Source: Oceanispirochaeta sp. (GTDB taxonomy: Bacteria > Spirochaetota > Spirochaetia > DSM-2461). From it: a stretch of DNA of 64,000 nucleotides. The position numbers and the translations under genes are program-made. The stretch is from assembly GCA_963663385.2 (NCBI GenBank), contig CAXXXD010000004.1:768001-832000 (forward strand), given 5' to 3'. Under the pieces are notes generated by a model. The model was not told the DNA's origin, searched no databases, and saw only the letters and a program-made list of their open reading frames with translations. Of this stretch, positions 1 through 9,557 are shown piece by piece. Every line of letters starts with the position of its first letter. Within the stretch, counting starts at the first letter, position 1.

Positions 1-640
1 ATGGGACAGCATGGAGGACAAACTCTATACGAATCAGGTTGCGGTAGTATTCGGTACAGCCGGAATCATTCTCGATATCTATGAAAATAAACTTATGGAA
101 AACCAGAATGTCGGACTGGTCGCTCTGCCTCCCGCCAAAGGGAAGGGACAAGGATATGCTGTTTCTACTGCCAAGGAAACCAGGGGATGGGCTATCAGCG
201 CTACTTCGAAAAATCCCGGTCTGACATTTGAACTGCTTGAGTTCATGGCAACCGATGAAGGCCAGATAATGGATCGATACGGAGTCGAGGGCATCCATTT
301 TACCAGAAACGGAGATGAAATCGTAAGGACCGAGAAAGCATCGGAATGGTGGCCCAAATTCCATGAAGTCATGACCTGGAACGCTCCCACTCCCCTTATG
401 GGAGAGGTTGGAATGAAGGGCTGGGAGTTTATCGCCGATTATGCGGTCGGCGACCCTGATTTCCCGATTCCTGAAGATTTTTCGGCAACATGGGACGCCC
501 TGGAAAACCTTTATAAAGAGTATAGCTTTAAAATCATAACCGGCGAGTACGGTATCGATAAATTCGATGAGTTCGTCGATAAGTGGTACGATCTGGGCGG
601 AACGGACGTAACAGAATACGCGCAGACAATGATGAAATAA
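1..640 (+). CDS. Carbohydrate ABC transporter substrate-binding protein, C-terminal part (5' end probably outside the window)
   Basis: GWAISATSKNP...YGVEGIHF and the C-terminal KIITGEYGIDKFDEFVDKWYDLGG resemble LplA-like extracellular solute-binding proteins; no signal peptide in the visible part. Confidence 0.8.
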   Translation, partial: WDSMEDKLYTNQVAVVFGTAGIILDIYENKLMENQNVGLVALPPAKGKGQGYAVSTAKETRGWAISATSKNPGLTFELLEFMATDEGQIMDRYGVEGIHFTRNGDEIVRTEKASEWWPKFHEVMTWNAPTPLMGEVGMKGWEFIADYAVGDPDFPIPEDFSATWDALENLYKEYSFKIITGEYGIDKFDEFVDKWYDLGGTDVTEYAQTMMK

Positions 641-642
641 TA

Positions 643-687
643 AGCCTGGTCCCGGATAGGGGTTTACCTGTTATCCGGGATAAGGCT
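643..687 (+). terminator. Intercistronic stem-loop after the binding-protein gene (mRNA stabiliser or partial terminator)
   Basis: TCCCGGATAG(650-659)/TTATCCGGGA(671-680) with outer AGCCT/AGGCT; no U-tract. Confidence 0.6.
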
Positions 688-710
688 GTGAAAACAGTGC
701 AGAGAGAGAA

Positions 711-2792
711 ATGGATAAGACGAGATATTTGGAGCAGGTTTACGGAGGACTTCTGGGTAAATGCGCCGGAGTCAGGCTCGGAGCGCCTGTGGAGCCGACA
801 ATCTGGACGTATAAGCGAATCAGATCGACTTACGGGAACATAACCGGCTATATCAAAGACTACAGGAATTTTGCCGCCGACGATGATGTCAACGGCCCCC
901 TTTTTTTTATCCGGGCCCTCTTCGATAACGACGAGGTAACGGAAAAAGAGATCGCACGGACCTGGCTGAATTATACCCGGGAAGGAATCGGTTTTTACTG
1001 GTGGGGCGGATACGGTGTCAGTACGGAACACACGGCCTACCTCAATCTCAAATCGGGAATGGAAGCCCCCGAATCGGGAAGTATCAGGGTTAACGGATCC
1101 ACTGTGGCCGAACAGATCGGCGGTCAGATCTTTATAGATTCCTGGGGATGGGTTTTTCCCGGCGATGCAGCATCGGCTGCCCGGTATGCGTCGATGGCCG
1201 CCAGCGTCAGCCATGATGGAAACGGTATTTACGGCGGCGTTTTTATCGCTGTATGTATTTCTCTCGCTTTTGGTAACAGAGATGTCCACAGTATTGTCGA
1301 AGAGGCCCTGAAATGGATTCCGGAAGATTCGGAATATGCCCGCGTCGTCACTTCCGTAAGGGATTTTCATAAAGAGAATCCGGAGGACTGGCGATTATGC
1401 CGGGAATATCTGGAAGACAATTTCGGATATGACCGTTATCCCGGAGTCTGTCACATGATTCCCAATGCCGGTGTTTGCGCTCTGGCCCTTTATTACGGCG
1501 GGGGAGACTTTGCCCGCACCATAGAAATCGCAACAATGTGCGGCTGGGATACGGACTGCAATGCCGGAAATGTGGGATCCATTTTAGGTGTTATGAACGG
1601 TCCGGAAGGAATCCCCGTCCGTTACCGGACCCCCATTAATGACTTCCACGCAGCGAGCAGTATCTCCGGGGCTTTGAATATCATTGATCTGCCAACGGCG
1701 GCGAAGGAGCTGGCGATTCTGGGGCTGGAACAGAAAGACGAAGCGATCCCGCAGGAGTGGAAGAGGGGAACATTTTCCGATGATATCTATCTGGATTTCT
1801 CTCTTCCCGGTTCTACATCGGGGTTGAGGACCTCTTCCGCATACCTGGCGCCGATCGGTCCGGGAGAGGAGTTTTTCAGAAAGGACTGCGTCTCCATTCT
1901 TCTGGACCGGCTGGTCCGGGGAGATACGGCGAGAATCTTTTACAAACCCTTTTACCGCCGGGAAGATTTTGATGATGAGCGGTACTCTCCCACTTTCACT
2001 CCTCTGGTGTATTCCGGCCAGAGACTGAGAATTCGGGGGGAGGTAGAGAAGATGAGCGGTCAGAGGATCGCTGTGTCTCCTTATGTCAGGGACAGCTCGG
2101 GAAAGGAAATTTTCAGCGATTCCTCTATTTTCCCGGTGCCGGGAGAAGAATTTGAACTTGACTGGTTAATTCCCGAGGTGCCCTTCGCCATTGATGAAAC
2201 CGGCCTTCTGGTAACGAATTTCGATAGCGAAAAGTATCTTGGAAAACTATCTATTAAGGAGATGGAGATAACCGGGAAAAAATCCTTTTTCATTGATTTT
2301 AAAGAGGAAACAAAAGAGTTCCGGGGGTTGAGCCGATGCTCCTGCATGGGCGGGGCATGGGACCTTGAATTCGGGGGACTTCATGTTCTCACTCAGGATG
2401 AGTTTTATCTCTGTTCCGGTCCCTATTATCTGCGGGACTGCCTGGTGGAAACACGCCTTATTCCGGAAAACGGCGACAGCCATATGGTTATGGCCCGATC
2501 CGGCGGAGCTGAAACAGGGTATTTCTTCGGCCTGTCCGGGGAAAACAGGGCCGGTCTCTACAAAAAAAATCACACACTGGAATTGCTGCGTGAAGTGGAT
2601 TTTACATGGGAACCGGGGAAGGAATACAGAATTTCCCTTGAAGTATCCGGCAGCACGGTCAAGTGCCGTATTGACGGGCAGGAACTGATCTATTTTACGG
2701 ATGAGAAACCGCTTCTCTATGGAATGGCCGGAACAGCCAAGCTGCAGGGCGGGCGAACTCTTTTTCTCGACCTTTCCTGCCGTGAGAACTGA
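711..2792 (+). CDS. ADP-ribosylglycohydrolase family protein with C-terminal beta-sandwich domains
   Basis: Metal-binding motifs AADDD and GWDTDCNAG; N-terminal VYGGLLGKCAGVRLGAPVE; C-terminus looks concanavalin/DUF1080-like. Confidence 0.85.
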   Translation: MDKTRYLEQVYGGLLGKCAGVRLGAPVEPTIWTYKRIRSTYGNITGYIKDYRNFAADDDVNGPLFFIRALFDNDEVTEKEIARTWLNYTREGIGFYWWGGYGVSTEHTAYLNLKSGMEAPESGSIRVNGSTVAEQIGGQIFIDSWGWVFPGDAASAARYASMAASVSHDGNGIYGGVFIAVCISLAFGNRDVHSIVEEALKWIPEDSEYARVVTSVRDFHKENPEDWRLCREYLEDNFGYDRYPGVCHMIPNAGVCALALYYGGGDFARTIEIATMCGWDTDCNAGNVGSILGVMNGPEGIPVRYRTPINDFHAASSISGALNIIDLPTAAKELAILGLEQKDEAIPQEWKRGTFSDDIYLDFSLPGSTSGLRTSSAYLAPIGPGEEFFRKDCVSILLDRLVRGDTARIFYKPFYRREDFDDERYSPTFTPLVYSGQRLRIRGEVEKMSGQRIAVSPYVRDSSGKEIFSDSSIFPVPGEEFELDWLIPEVPFAIDETGLLVTNFDSEKYLGKLSIKEMEITGKKSFFIDFKEETKEFRGLSRCSCMGGAWDLEFGGLHVLTQDEFYLCSGPYYLRDCLVETRLIPENGDSHMVMARSGGAETGYFFGLSGENRAGLYKKNHTLELLREVDFTWEPGKEYRISLEVSGSTVKCRIDGQELIYFTDEKPLLYGMAGTAKLQGGRTLFLDLSCREN

Positions 2793-2796
2793 TGCT

Positions 2797-3063
2797 ATGG
2801 AAAAAAAAGTCGGAACGGATGCAAAACAGGATGCTGTAGTAACGGTATCGGACACTGCTGCGGATTTACAAGTTGAAATACGGTCTCCCCTGGAAGATCT
2901 GTTCGGTAAATCCCTGGAAAAAGCGGCAAGGGAAGAACTCAGTCGTTTGAATGTACGGAACGGGACGGTTCTTATTGAAGACAATCAGGCATTGGATTTT
3001 GTTATCCGGGCCCGGATTAAAGCGGCTGTTTCGATACTCAGAGAAATGGGAGGGGAAATTTGA
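2797..3063 (+). CDS. citD: Citrate lyase acyl carrier (gamma) subunit-like protein lacking the canonical Ser
   Basis: 88 aa from ATG 2797; FGKSL...IEDNQALDFVIRARI aligns with CitD FGDAI...VDDKGALDCILRARL; directly precedes citE/citF homologs. Confidence 0.75.
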   Translation: MEKKVGTDAKQDAVVTVSDTAADLQVEIRSPLEDLFGKSLEKAAREELSRLNVRNGTVLIEDNQALDFVIRARIKAAVSILREMGGEI

Positions 3064-3932
3064 GAAGCTGGCTCTACTGTCCCGGAAACAGTCCCAAAAT
3101 GATCATCAATGCCGGTTTATACGGTGCGGACGCTCTTGTTTTCGACCTTGAAGATTCCGTTGCGGAAAGTCATAAGATCGAAGCCCGTTATCTTCTGGCT
3201 CAGGCTTTTGCCGAGAGGATCATCCCTGTTGAGAAATCCGCTGTGAGAATCAACGGTTTTGAATCGGAACACTGGCGAAAGGATCTTGAGGAGATCATTC
3301 CCGCGGGAGGACGGATAATCCGCATTCCCAAAGTGGAGAGTCCTCAGCAGATCGGCGAGATAAGTGCTGAAATCGATGGCATCGAAGCGGAATCGGGAAT
3401 TCCCCGGGGGGCTGTTACAATTCAGTGCCTTTTTGAAACGCCGACAGGGGTGGAAAACGCCTTTCTGATAGGCAATTCATCCTCCCGGATCAGAGCCTAT
3501 TCTTTCGGCGCCGAGGATTACAGTTCTCTCCTCGGGATCAACCGCGGCGGAGATCTCCTGCCCCTGGATTATCCGAGAAGCAGAATCGCCTCGGCGGCGG
3601 CTGCCTTCGGCTATACCGCCCTGGATACGGTATGGGGATTCCTCAATGATCCTGACGGACTGGAAACGGATACGCTGAGGGGGAAAAGGCTGGGGTTTCA
3701 CGGGAAATCGGTGATTCATCCCGACCAGATTGATATAGTCAACAAACTCTATGCTCCGACGGAAAAAGAGATTGAAACGGCCAGAGCCATACTCGAAAAA
3801 AATAACATGGCAGAAGGCGGTGCGTCGTCGTTCAAGGGAAGGATGATAGATTTACCGGTAGTTGAAAGGGCACGGAAGATCATAGGGGCTGCCGGAATTG
3901 AAGAATTGCAGGACGGGAAAAATGATAAATGA
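3060..3932 (+). CDS. citE: Citrate lyase beta subunit-like CoA-ester lyase (HpcH/HpaI-CitE family)
   Basis: RSWLYCPGN, ADALVFDLEDSV, VRING, IPKVES, FETP, FGAEDY, GFHGKSVIHPDQI. Confidence 0.9.
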   Translation: MRSWLYCPGNSPKMIINAGLYGADALVFDLEDSVAESHKIEARYLLAQAFAERIIPVEKSAVRINGFESEHWRKDLEEIIPAGGRIIRIPKVESPQQIGEISAEIDGIEAESGIPRGAVTIQCLFETPTGVENAFLIGNSSSRIRAYSFGAEDYSSLLGINRGGDLLPLDYPRSRIASAAAAFGYTALDTVWGFLNDPDGLETDTLRGKRLGFHGKSVIHPDQIDIVNKLYAPTEKEIETARAILEKNNMAEGGASSFKGRMIDLPVVERARKIIGAAGIEELQDGKNDK

Positions 3933-5448
3933 CGCCGGGCGGGAGATCCCCGAAACTATCACGGGAATCCGGAATGTCTCTCCTTACAGAAATCAGCAGA
4001 AAGAAAGAGCCGGGAAGAGAATGTCACCCCCGCCGGCAAAGGAAAAAACAACTCAATTTTCACAGTCTCTTGAAGAGGCGATTGCCCGGTCCGGTTTAAA
4101 AAACGGAGACCGAATCAGTTTTCACCATCATCTCCGTCTCGGAGACAGGGTTATGGAACAGGTCCTGGGTGTGCTGGACCGGATGGGGTTCCGGGATCTG
4201 ATTGTATGCCTCTCTTCCGTTATGGGACCCTCCGCCGCTGCCGTACTTAAGGCCGTTGAATCCGGAGTTGTCCGGAGAATCGAAACAACCGGTTTAAAAT
4301 CTCCCCTTTCCGAAGCGCTGCTTGACGGGAAAATTCCCGAGCCTGTCATCTTTCGTTCCCATGGCGGCCGGGCAAGAGCGATTGAGAGAGGAGAAACTCC
4401 TATTAATCTGGCATTTATCGCTGCATCAGCTGCCGATAAGAGGGGGAATCTCACCGGTATGGAAGGGCCTAATCAATTCGGATCCCTCGGTTATGCCATC
4501 GTAGACAGTATATACGCCACCTATGTCATTGGCATTACAGATCATTTTACCGATTCACTGCAGGAAAGAGCCGGTATTACGGGAAATCATGTTGATGAAG
4601 TGGTCCGAATCTCCTCCATCGGTGATAACAAGGGGATTGCCGGAGGTTCTCTGCGTCAGTCCCGCAGTCCTGTTGAAAAGCTGATTGCCCGCCGGACTAT
4701 GGAATTCCTGCTGACGGCGGGAGTTGTCAAAGAGGATTTTTCCTATCAGGCAGGCAGCGGCGGAATCTCTCTGCTTGTTACGAGTTATCTGAAATCCTAT
4801 ATGGAGGAAAACAGCATTAAAGGGAGTTTTGCTTCAGGCGGAGTAACGGGAGATCTTGTGGCAATGCTTAAAAGCGGCCTTTTCAAGACTCTCTGGGATG
4901 TCCAGAGTTTTGATATTGATGCAGTTCAATCTCTGAAGGAAAACCTGTTTCACAGGGAAATGAGCGCTTCCCTTTATGCCAATCCCGACAACGCTGAATG
5001 TATGGCCCACAAACTGGATGTCATGATTCTGTCCGCCACAGAAATCGACAGGGATTTTAATGTGAATTCCATAACCGGAACCAATGGAAGAATACTCGGC
5101 GCGCTGGGGGGAGCCCCCGATACGGCTTACGGTTCCCGATTGACCGTGGTTGTCATGCCGTCGTTCCGGGGACGAATCCCGACAGTCTCGGAGCGGGTAA
5201 GGACTGTCTGTACTCCGGGACCAACGGTAGATGCTCTTGTTACCGAGAGGGGCATTGCTGTCAATCCCCGGCGTGAAGATCTGTTCCATCGATTGAAAAA
5301 CAGTTCTCTGCCGTTAATTTCCATGGATGATCTGATAGGACGGGTCTATCAATTGACAGGCAAACCCGATCTTCCGGAAGAAGGCCATGAGGTTGCGGGA
5401 GTTGTTGAATATCGGGACGGTTCCATTCTCGATTGCATCCGGAGATAG
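3922..5448 (+). CDS. citF: Citrate lyase alpha subunit-like CoA/ACP transferase
   Basis: SLEEAI..SGLKNGDRISFHHHLR, IFRSHGGRARAI, GSLGYA, LSATEID.DFNVN, GGAPDTA, VVEYRDGSILD; start moved to ATG 3922. Confidence 0.9.
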   Translation: MINDAGREIPETITGIRNVSPYRNQQKERAGKRMSPPPAKEKTTQFSQSLEEAIARSGLKNGDRISFHHHLRLGDRVMEQVLGVLDRMGFRDLIVCLSSVMGPSAAAVLKAVESGVVRRIETTGLKSPLSEALLDGKIPEPVIFRSHGGRARAIERGETPINLAFIAASAADKRGNLTGMEGPNQFGSLGYAIVDSIYATYVIGITDHFTDSLQERAGITGNHVDEVVRISSIGDNKGIAGGSLRQSRSPVEKLIARRTMEFLLTAGVVKEDFSYQAGSGGISLLVTSYLKSYMEENSIKGSFASGGVTGDLVAMLKSGLFKTLWDVQSFDIDAVQSLKENLFHREMSASLYANPDNAECMAHKLDVMILSATEIDRDFNVNSITGTNGRILGALGGAPDTAYGSRLTVVVMPSFRGRIPTVSERVRTVCTPGPTVDALVTERGIAVNPRREDLFHRLKNSSLPLISMDDLIGRVYQLTGKPDLPEEGHEVAGVVEYRDGSILDCIRR

Positions 5449-5499
5449 AAAGGGGGATTCTGAATAACGGTTCCGGCAATATTGGAATCGTCTAAAATG

Positions 5500-7050
5500 C
5501 TATGGTCTATCCGACATTACAATCCGATTCCTGCCATTTTCTTTAGCATAATACAGGCATTTATCAGCCTTCTCTATTAAAGATTCAGCATCATCAATGG
5601 TTTCGTCAGCGGCTGCAATCCCGCCGCTAATCGTTATATAGCCGACAATGGCAAATTGATGAGTCTGTATGGTATTTCGGATTTTCTCCAGAATCCCATA
5701 AGCTGTTTCTCTATCAGTCTCAGGCAATAGCACCAGAAACTCCTCTCCTCCATATCTGCCGATAAAATCCGTTACCCTCAGATTTTCGATAATCAGATGT
5801 ACAAGTTCTTTCAGGAGGGAATCACCAGCCGGATGACCGTATCTGTCATTCACTTTTTTGAAGAAATCGATATCTATCATGCATACAGAAAGCAGGGAGT
5901 TGTACCTTTTATGATGATTAAAAAGTTCAGTGACTTTGGTGAACAGATACATCCTCGATAAAGCGCCGGTAAGCTGGTCAAATAATAATAAAGATTCAAT
6001 TTTTCTATTTGAAAAAAAGTAAAAAAGGATAAGAAAGGAGGAAAGCGCCATTAGTAATACAAAAGCTGAACTCATCAGTAGAAATGACGTATTATGCTCC
6101 TTTATTTCATCATCTCCGGATATTGAAAAAATAAAAGCAACTACCTGATCCTGGAGGTTCCTGACTGGTAGAAAAGTTAAAATGGAAGAATTCCCGTTCA
6201 ACCGGACGGGTACGGAAAAGGGGGTATTATCCTTCAGGCTTTTATCCAGAGACCTTGATATCCTGTTCCTATCATTACTGCTGAGGCCTTTGTCCAGTTG
6301 TGAGACTGTGTTAACGTTCTTATCCAATAAATATTTTTCACTGGCGGACCATTCGGTGTAATTGCCTAGTTCGGATTCAAATACTTTTTCCAGTACCACG
6401 GATTTCAGAATGATAAATTCAACTTCCTGATCATCCAGTTTTTTTATCTGATTTATAATGGCGTTTATTGAAATACTCAATTCAACGGAGCCTATATGAT
6501 TTCCTTCAAAAAACAGGGGGTAAACATTTCTGTATCCGTTGAATATACGACCCTCTTCAAATCCGGAGAGCTTTATCTTTTCACTATTCACGGATTTAAC
6601 TGAATACCGGATGGTTGTCAGATCATCGCCGTACTTTTCGGGTTTATGAAACCGAAGAAAAGACACATTCTTTTTGTCATGGAAATGCAGCTGACGAAAA
6701 TCATAGTCCAGCAGACTTTTATACATTGGCATTAATTCCGTCAGAAGATCCTTCCGCAGGATATCAACTCTGCTTTCATCAGCTTCCGAAAAGGCAGTAC
6801 TCAGGTTCGACAATATATCCTGTCTGTTAATCATATTTTTGAAAATCAGATCGGCGGCCTTTGTGTAGCCGGCAACTGTCAAATCATATTCCTTTTGTAG
6901 TTTACTTGAATAGTTCTCATATATGATTTTTTTATTCTCTGAAAAGTTTGAAAAAATGAAGAAATAGGTAAGGGTAAAAACAGCTGGCAGTACCAACAGT
7001 ATTCCGAAGATTATTTTCTTTTTGCTAAACATCTTTCCATCCTGTGGCAT
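5500..7050 (-). CDS. Membrane diguanylate cyclase with periplasmic Cache-type sensor
   Basis: Two TM segments flanking RQLHFHD...SFLRFHKPEKYGDDL; GGEEF active site with RxxD I-site (RVTD). Confidence 0.9.
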   Translation of the reverse strand: MPQDGKMFSKKKIIFGILLVLPAVFTLTYFFIFSNFSENKKIIYENYSSKLQKEYDLTVAGYTKAADLIFKNMINRQDILSNLSTAFSEADESRVDILRKDLLTELMPMYKSLLDYDFRQLHFHDKKNVSFLRFHKPEKYGDDLTTIRYSVKSVNSEKIKLSGFEEGRIFNGYRNVYPLFFEGNHIGSVELSISINAIINQIKKLDDQEVEFIILKSVVLEKVFESELGNYTEWSASEKYLLDKNVNTVSQLDKGLSSNDRNRISRSLDKSLKDNTPFSVPVRLNGNSSILTFLPVRNLQDQVVAFIFSISGDDEIKEHNTSFLLMSSAFVLLMALSSFLILFYFFSNRKIESLLLFDQLTGALSRMYLFTKVTELFNHHKRYNSLLSVCMIDIDFFKKVNDRYGHPAGDSLLKELVHLIIENLRVTDFIGRYGGEEFLVLLPETDRETAYGILEKIRNTIQTHQFAIVGYITISGGIAAADETIDDAESLIEKADKCLYYAKENGRNRIVMSDRP

Positions 7051-7257
7051 AGGATTCCCGGGCCTTTACATTTTTCTTTGTTATTACAAGTGTATCTGGT
7101 AAAATTCTGAATTGCCAGCTAAATAATGGAAAGAACGACGTAACACAGGCATTGACAGACAGGACAATGCAGGAACACTTTAGCCAATTCCAGTACAGGG
7201 CAGGCCGATATGGCTTCCTGAATGATAATAAACTGAAAACCGGTTCCGGCAATACAT

Positions 7258-7359
7258 CTAGAGAGTCTTTTTATCACCCAATTTAATGGAAATTTTCTTA
7301 AAATCTTTCTGTATTTTCAATAATGCTTCAACCAGCACCGGTTGAAAATGTTTTCCAGG
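7258..7359 (-). pseudogene. Remnant C-terminal tail of an HD-GYP protein
   Basis: Manual translation PGKHFQPVLVEALLKIQKDFKKISIKLGDKKTL* resembles the G.HFDP.LVE.F helix ending HD-GYP domains; in-frame stop shortly upstream and no start codon. Confidence 0.5.
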
Positions 7360-7436
7360 AAGCTGTTGTTGAGATAACTGGTGTATCTGTTATCCTGACC
7401 AGTTCTTTGTAAAGAGGGTTGGGATCGCCTGAAAAC

Positions 7437-7570
7437 CAGCGGATTAATACCTTCCATAATTGAAGATTCCGGGCATCTGTTTCAAAGCTTATCGGGGATC
7501 ATGCTGGCTGTTGGGGAAGGACCGTATGTCTCTTATTAAAAAGTCAGCCGTATTGCGTCCTTCAAAATTC
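7437..7570 (+). pseudogene. Decayed fragment of a Y1/RAYT-like HUH transposase
   Basis: QRINTFHN* then frameshifted SGHLFQS..YR ...KDR...VSR, resembling the N...R.GHLFQ.RY...KD.YL...SRY motif. Confidence 0.4.
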
Positions 7571-7614
7571 AGAATCAGGAAGTAGAGGATAATATGCTTT
7601 GTAGCTGATTAGTA

Positions 7615-7637
7615 TCCCGCCCTGTGGAAGGGCGGGA
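7615..7637. terminator. GC-rich hairpin downstream of the PPC-repeat gene
   Basis: TCCCGCCC-TGTGGAA-GGGCGGGA. Confidence 0.55.
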
Positions 7638-7670
7638 CTCAAAATTGAAAATCTATGAATGAACCTTTTG

Positions 7671-9263
7671 TCAGTTCTGAGTGAGTTCCAGCTTCAGATC
7701 GTAGTAGTGATTCTCCTGATAATCAAACTCCTCTCCGTTGAAGGCAGCGATGCCGAAGTACTCTCCGGCGGGAAGATAGGTTTTGATGAGGCCGTTTAAT
7801 CCCTCGCCCGAGTCGTCATCTTCCTCCAGGATATTTTCGATTATATCATCTGATTCCCCTTCCGAGGCACAGATTCCCAGGACCGTATCCGTATCACCGA
7901 ATGTCTGAAGGGTCACCCAGCTCGCCTCTTCCACGGTGAAGCGAAACCAGTCCCAGTCCTGTTCATGGGAGAAGGAACGCCCGCTGAGCCTCTTTCCGGC
8001 GGGAATTCGTGGTGACGTATCGGGGAGGTTGTCCACGTCTTCATAGGCGTCGGAGGCGCTATTAATGAGCATAAGGCTGCCGGTCAGGCCATATTCATTC
8101 CCGTCTCCGTCCAGGCAGTAGGGGGTTACCTTCAGGTAGTAGAGCTCTCCTCCAGTCACAGACTGTACGATCCGGGCGTTCTGTCCCTCCTGTCCCGAGT
8201 CATCATCGGAGCTGATCAGTTCAAGATTCCGGTCATAGAGGGAGAGAAGGGTGTCCAGATTTCCCAGAGTCTCGACTGTCAGAACCCGTATGCTTCCGGC
8301 TTCGCCCGGAATCTCAAGGCTGACCCAGTCCTCATCCTCGCTTGAAGAAAAGTTCCTGTTCTGTATGCTCTGATCCAGGGGGAGGGTGGAAGTCTGTGTA
8401 CTGTCATTATCAGGTTCAAACTCGTCCCTGCTTGACTCCTTCAGTTCCCAGTAGAGGTCGTAGGGACCCTCAGTATCGGAGCTGTAGCCTTTGACATTCA
8501 GATAGTAGATACCGGAGCGATCAAGGACGAAAGAGATCCTTGCGTTGCCGTCGCTGCCCGAATCATCATTCTCCGCCAGGATGGTATAGGGATCTCTCTC
8601 ATGGTAAAGTTTGAGCAGAGTATCCAGAGAACTGCGGGTCTCCACAACAAGCTCAACCCCTTCCCGGGCCTGTTCCTCGGTCACTGTGAACCAGAAGAAA
8701 TCCTCATTTTCCGAGGTCAGGGTCAATCCCTGATTATGATACTGGCTGAGATCGATCTCAGAGGCCTGATTGATGGAGTCGTTGGGCTCCAGCATATCAG
8801 GAATCTGTGAACTGCCGGATACGACACCGGGTCTGAGGATCTGATCCCAGGCCTCGCTGCGGGGGTAGGTAAATTCACGAACCGCGATAAGGGCGGAGCT
8901 TTCCCTCTCTATAAGCCGGAGCATCAGAGAGACGGAAGAGGGAAAGACGGTAGCCGAAAGCTGAATCCGGTACTCCGCAGCGGCACCGTTCAGGATCCGG
9001 ATCTCTGATGATTGCCCGGAGGAGAGAAGGACCTCCTCAAGGCGCTGGCTGACGTAGGCGCTGTAGAATCCCGGGCCGCCGTTAACCTGCAGAGGTATTA
9101 CCTGAACCGTTGCAGGCTCTTCTCCGGATACGGCATCGAATACGATGCTGGCGGCGCCCGACAGAAACTCGTCGAGGACCTTGCTTTCCGCGGCCTGCTG
9201 GGAGTAAAGCAGTCCTCCCGTATAGATAAAAAAGGTCAGAATTAATAAAGATATATGTTTCAT
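7671..9263 (-). CDS. Exported protein with three tandem PPC (pre-peptidase C-terminal)-like repeats
   Basis: Signal peptide; three acidic repeats E(P/D).ND...D.D(F/W)...(E/Q)T...DT.L...DDSG...N..I...G.YY. Confidence 0.7.
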   Translation of the reverse strand: MKHISLLILTFFIYTGGLLYSQQAAESKVLDEFLSGAASIVFDAVSGEEPATVQVIPLQVNGGPGFYSAYVSQRLEEVLLSSGQSSEIRILNGAAAEYRIQLSATVFPSSVSLMLRLIERESSALIAVREFTYPRSEAWDQILRPGVVSGSSQIPDMLEPNDSINQASEIDLSQYHNQGLTLTSENEDFFWFTVTEEQAREGVELVVETRSSLDTLLKLYHERDPYTILAENDDSGSDGNARISFVLDRSGIYYLNVKGYSSDTEGPYDLYWELKESSRDEFEPDNDSTQTSTLPLDQSIQNRNFSSSEDEDWVSLEIPGEAGSIRVLTVETLGNLDTLLSLYDRNLELISSDDDSGQEGQNARIVQSVTGGELYYLKVTPYCLDGDGNEYGLTGSLMLINSASDAYEDVDNLPDTSPRIPAGKRLSGRSFSHEQDWDWFRFTVEEASWVTLQTFGDTDTVLGICASEGESDDIIENILEEDDDSGEGLNGLIKTYLPAGEYFGIAAFNGEEFDYQENHYYDLKLELTQN

Positions 9264-9515
9264 GAATGCTCCTGTTTTGAAAGTGAACGGGACCAGTGTC
9301 CCGGTGCCTGATCATAGTTGAAAAATGAAGGTCCATTCAAGCCTTAACTGCCATACTTTTTTTGCCAATAGAGTTAATGAGCCGATCAGGAAAAAAGGTG
9401 CCAAGATTGATGTTTTAAAAGTTCAACCTTCTTGCCCCCTAAGTATAAAAGACATTCTCATAATGGTAATCCAGGCAAGGTAAGGCTCAACGTGTGTCGA
9501 CAGCTTTCTCAGGAC

Positions 9516-9549
9516 AAAAAAAAGACTGAACCAGTTATGATTCAGTCTT
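9516..9549 (-). terminator. Intrinsic terminator downstream of tRNA-Pro
   Basis: AAGACTGAA/TTCAGTCTT stem followed on the minus strand by a T run. Confidence 0.75.
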
Positions 9550-9557
9550 AATAACGA

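Noticed and set aside
9388..9404. Sigma54-like TGGCAC-CTTTT-TTCC on the minus strand upstream of the PPC-repeat gene
   Set aside because: The -12 element lacks the conserved G; too weak to call
5500..9557. Possible genomic island integrated at tRNA-Pro
   Set aside because: No integrase and no duplicated tRNA 3' end found; the tRNA has its own terminator
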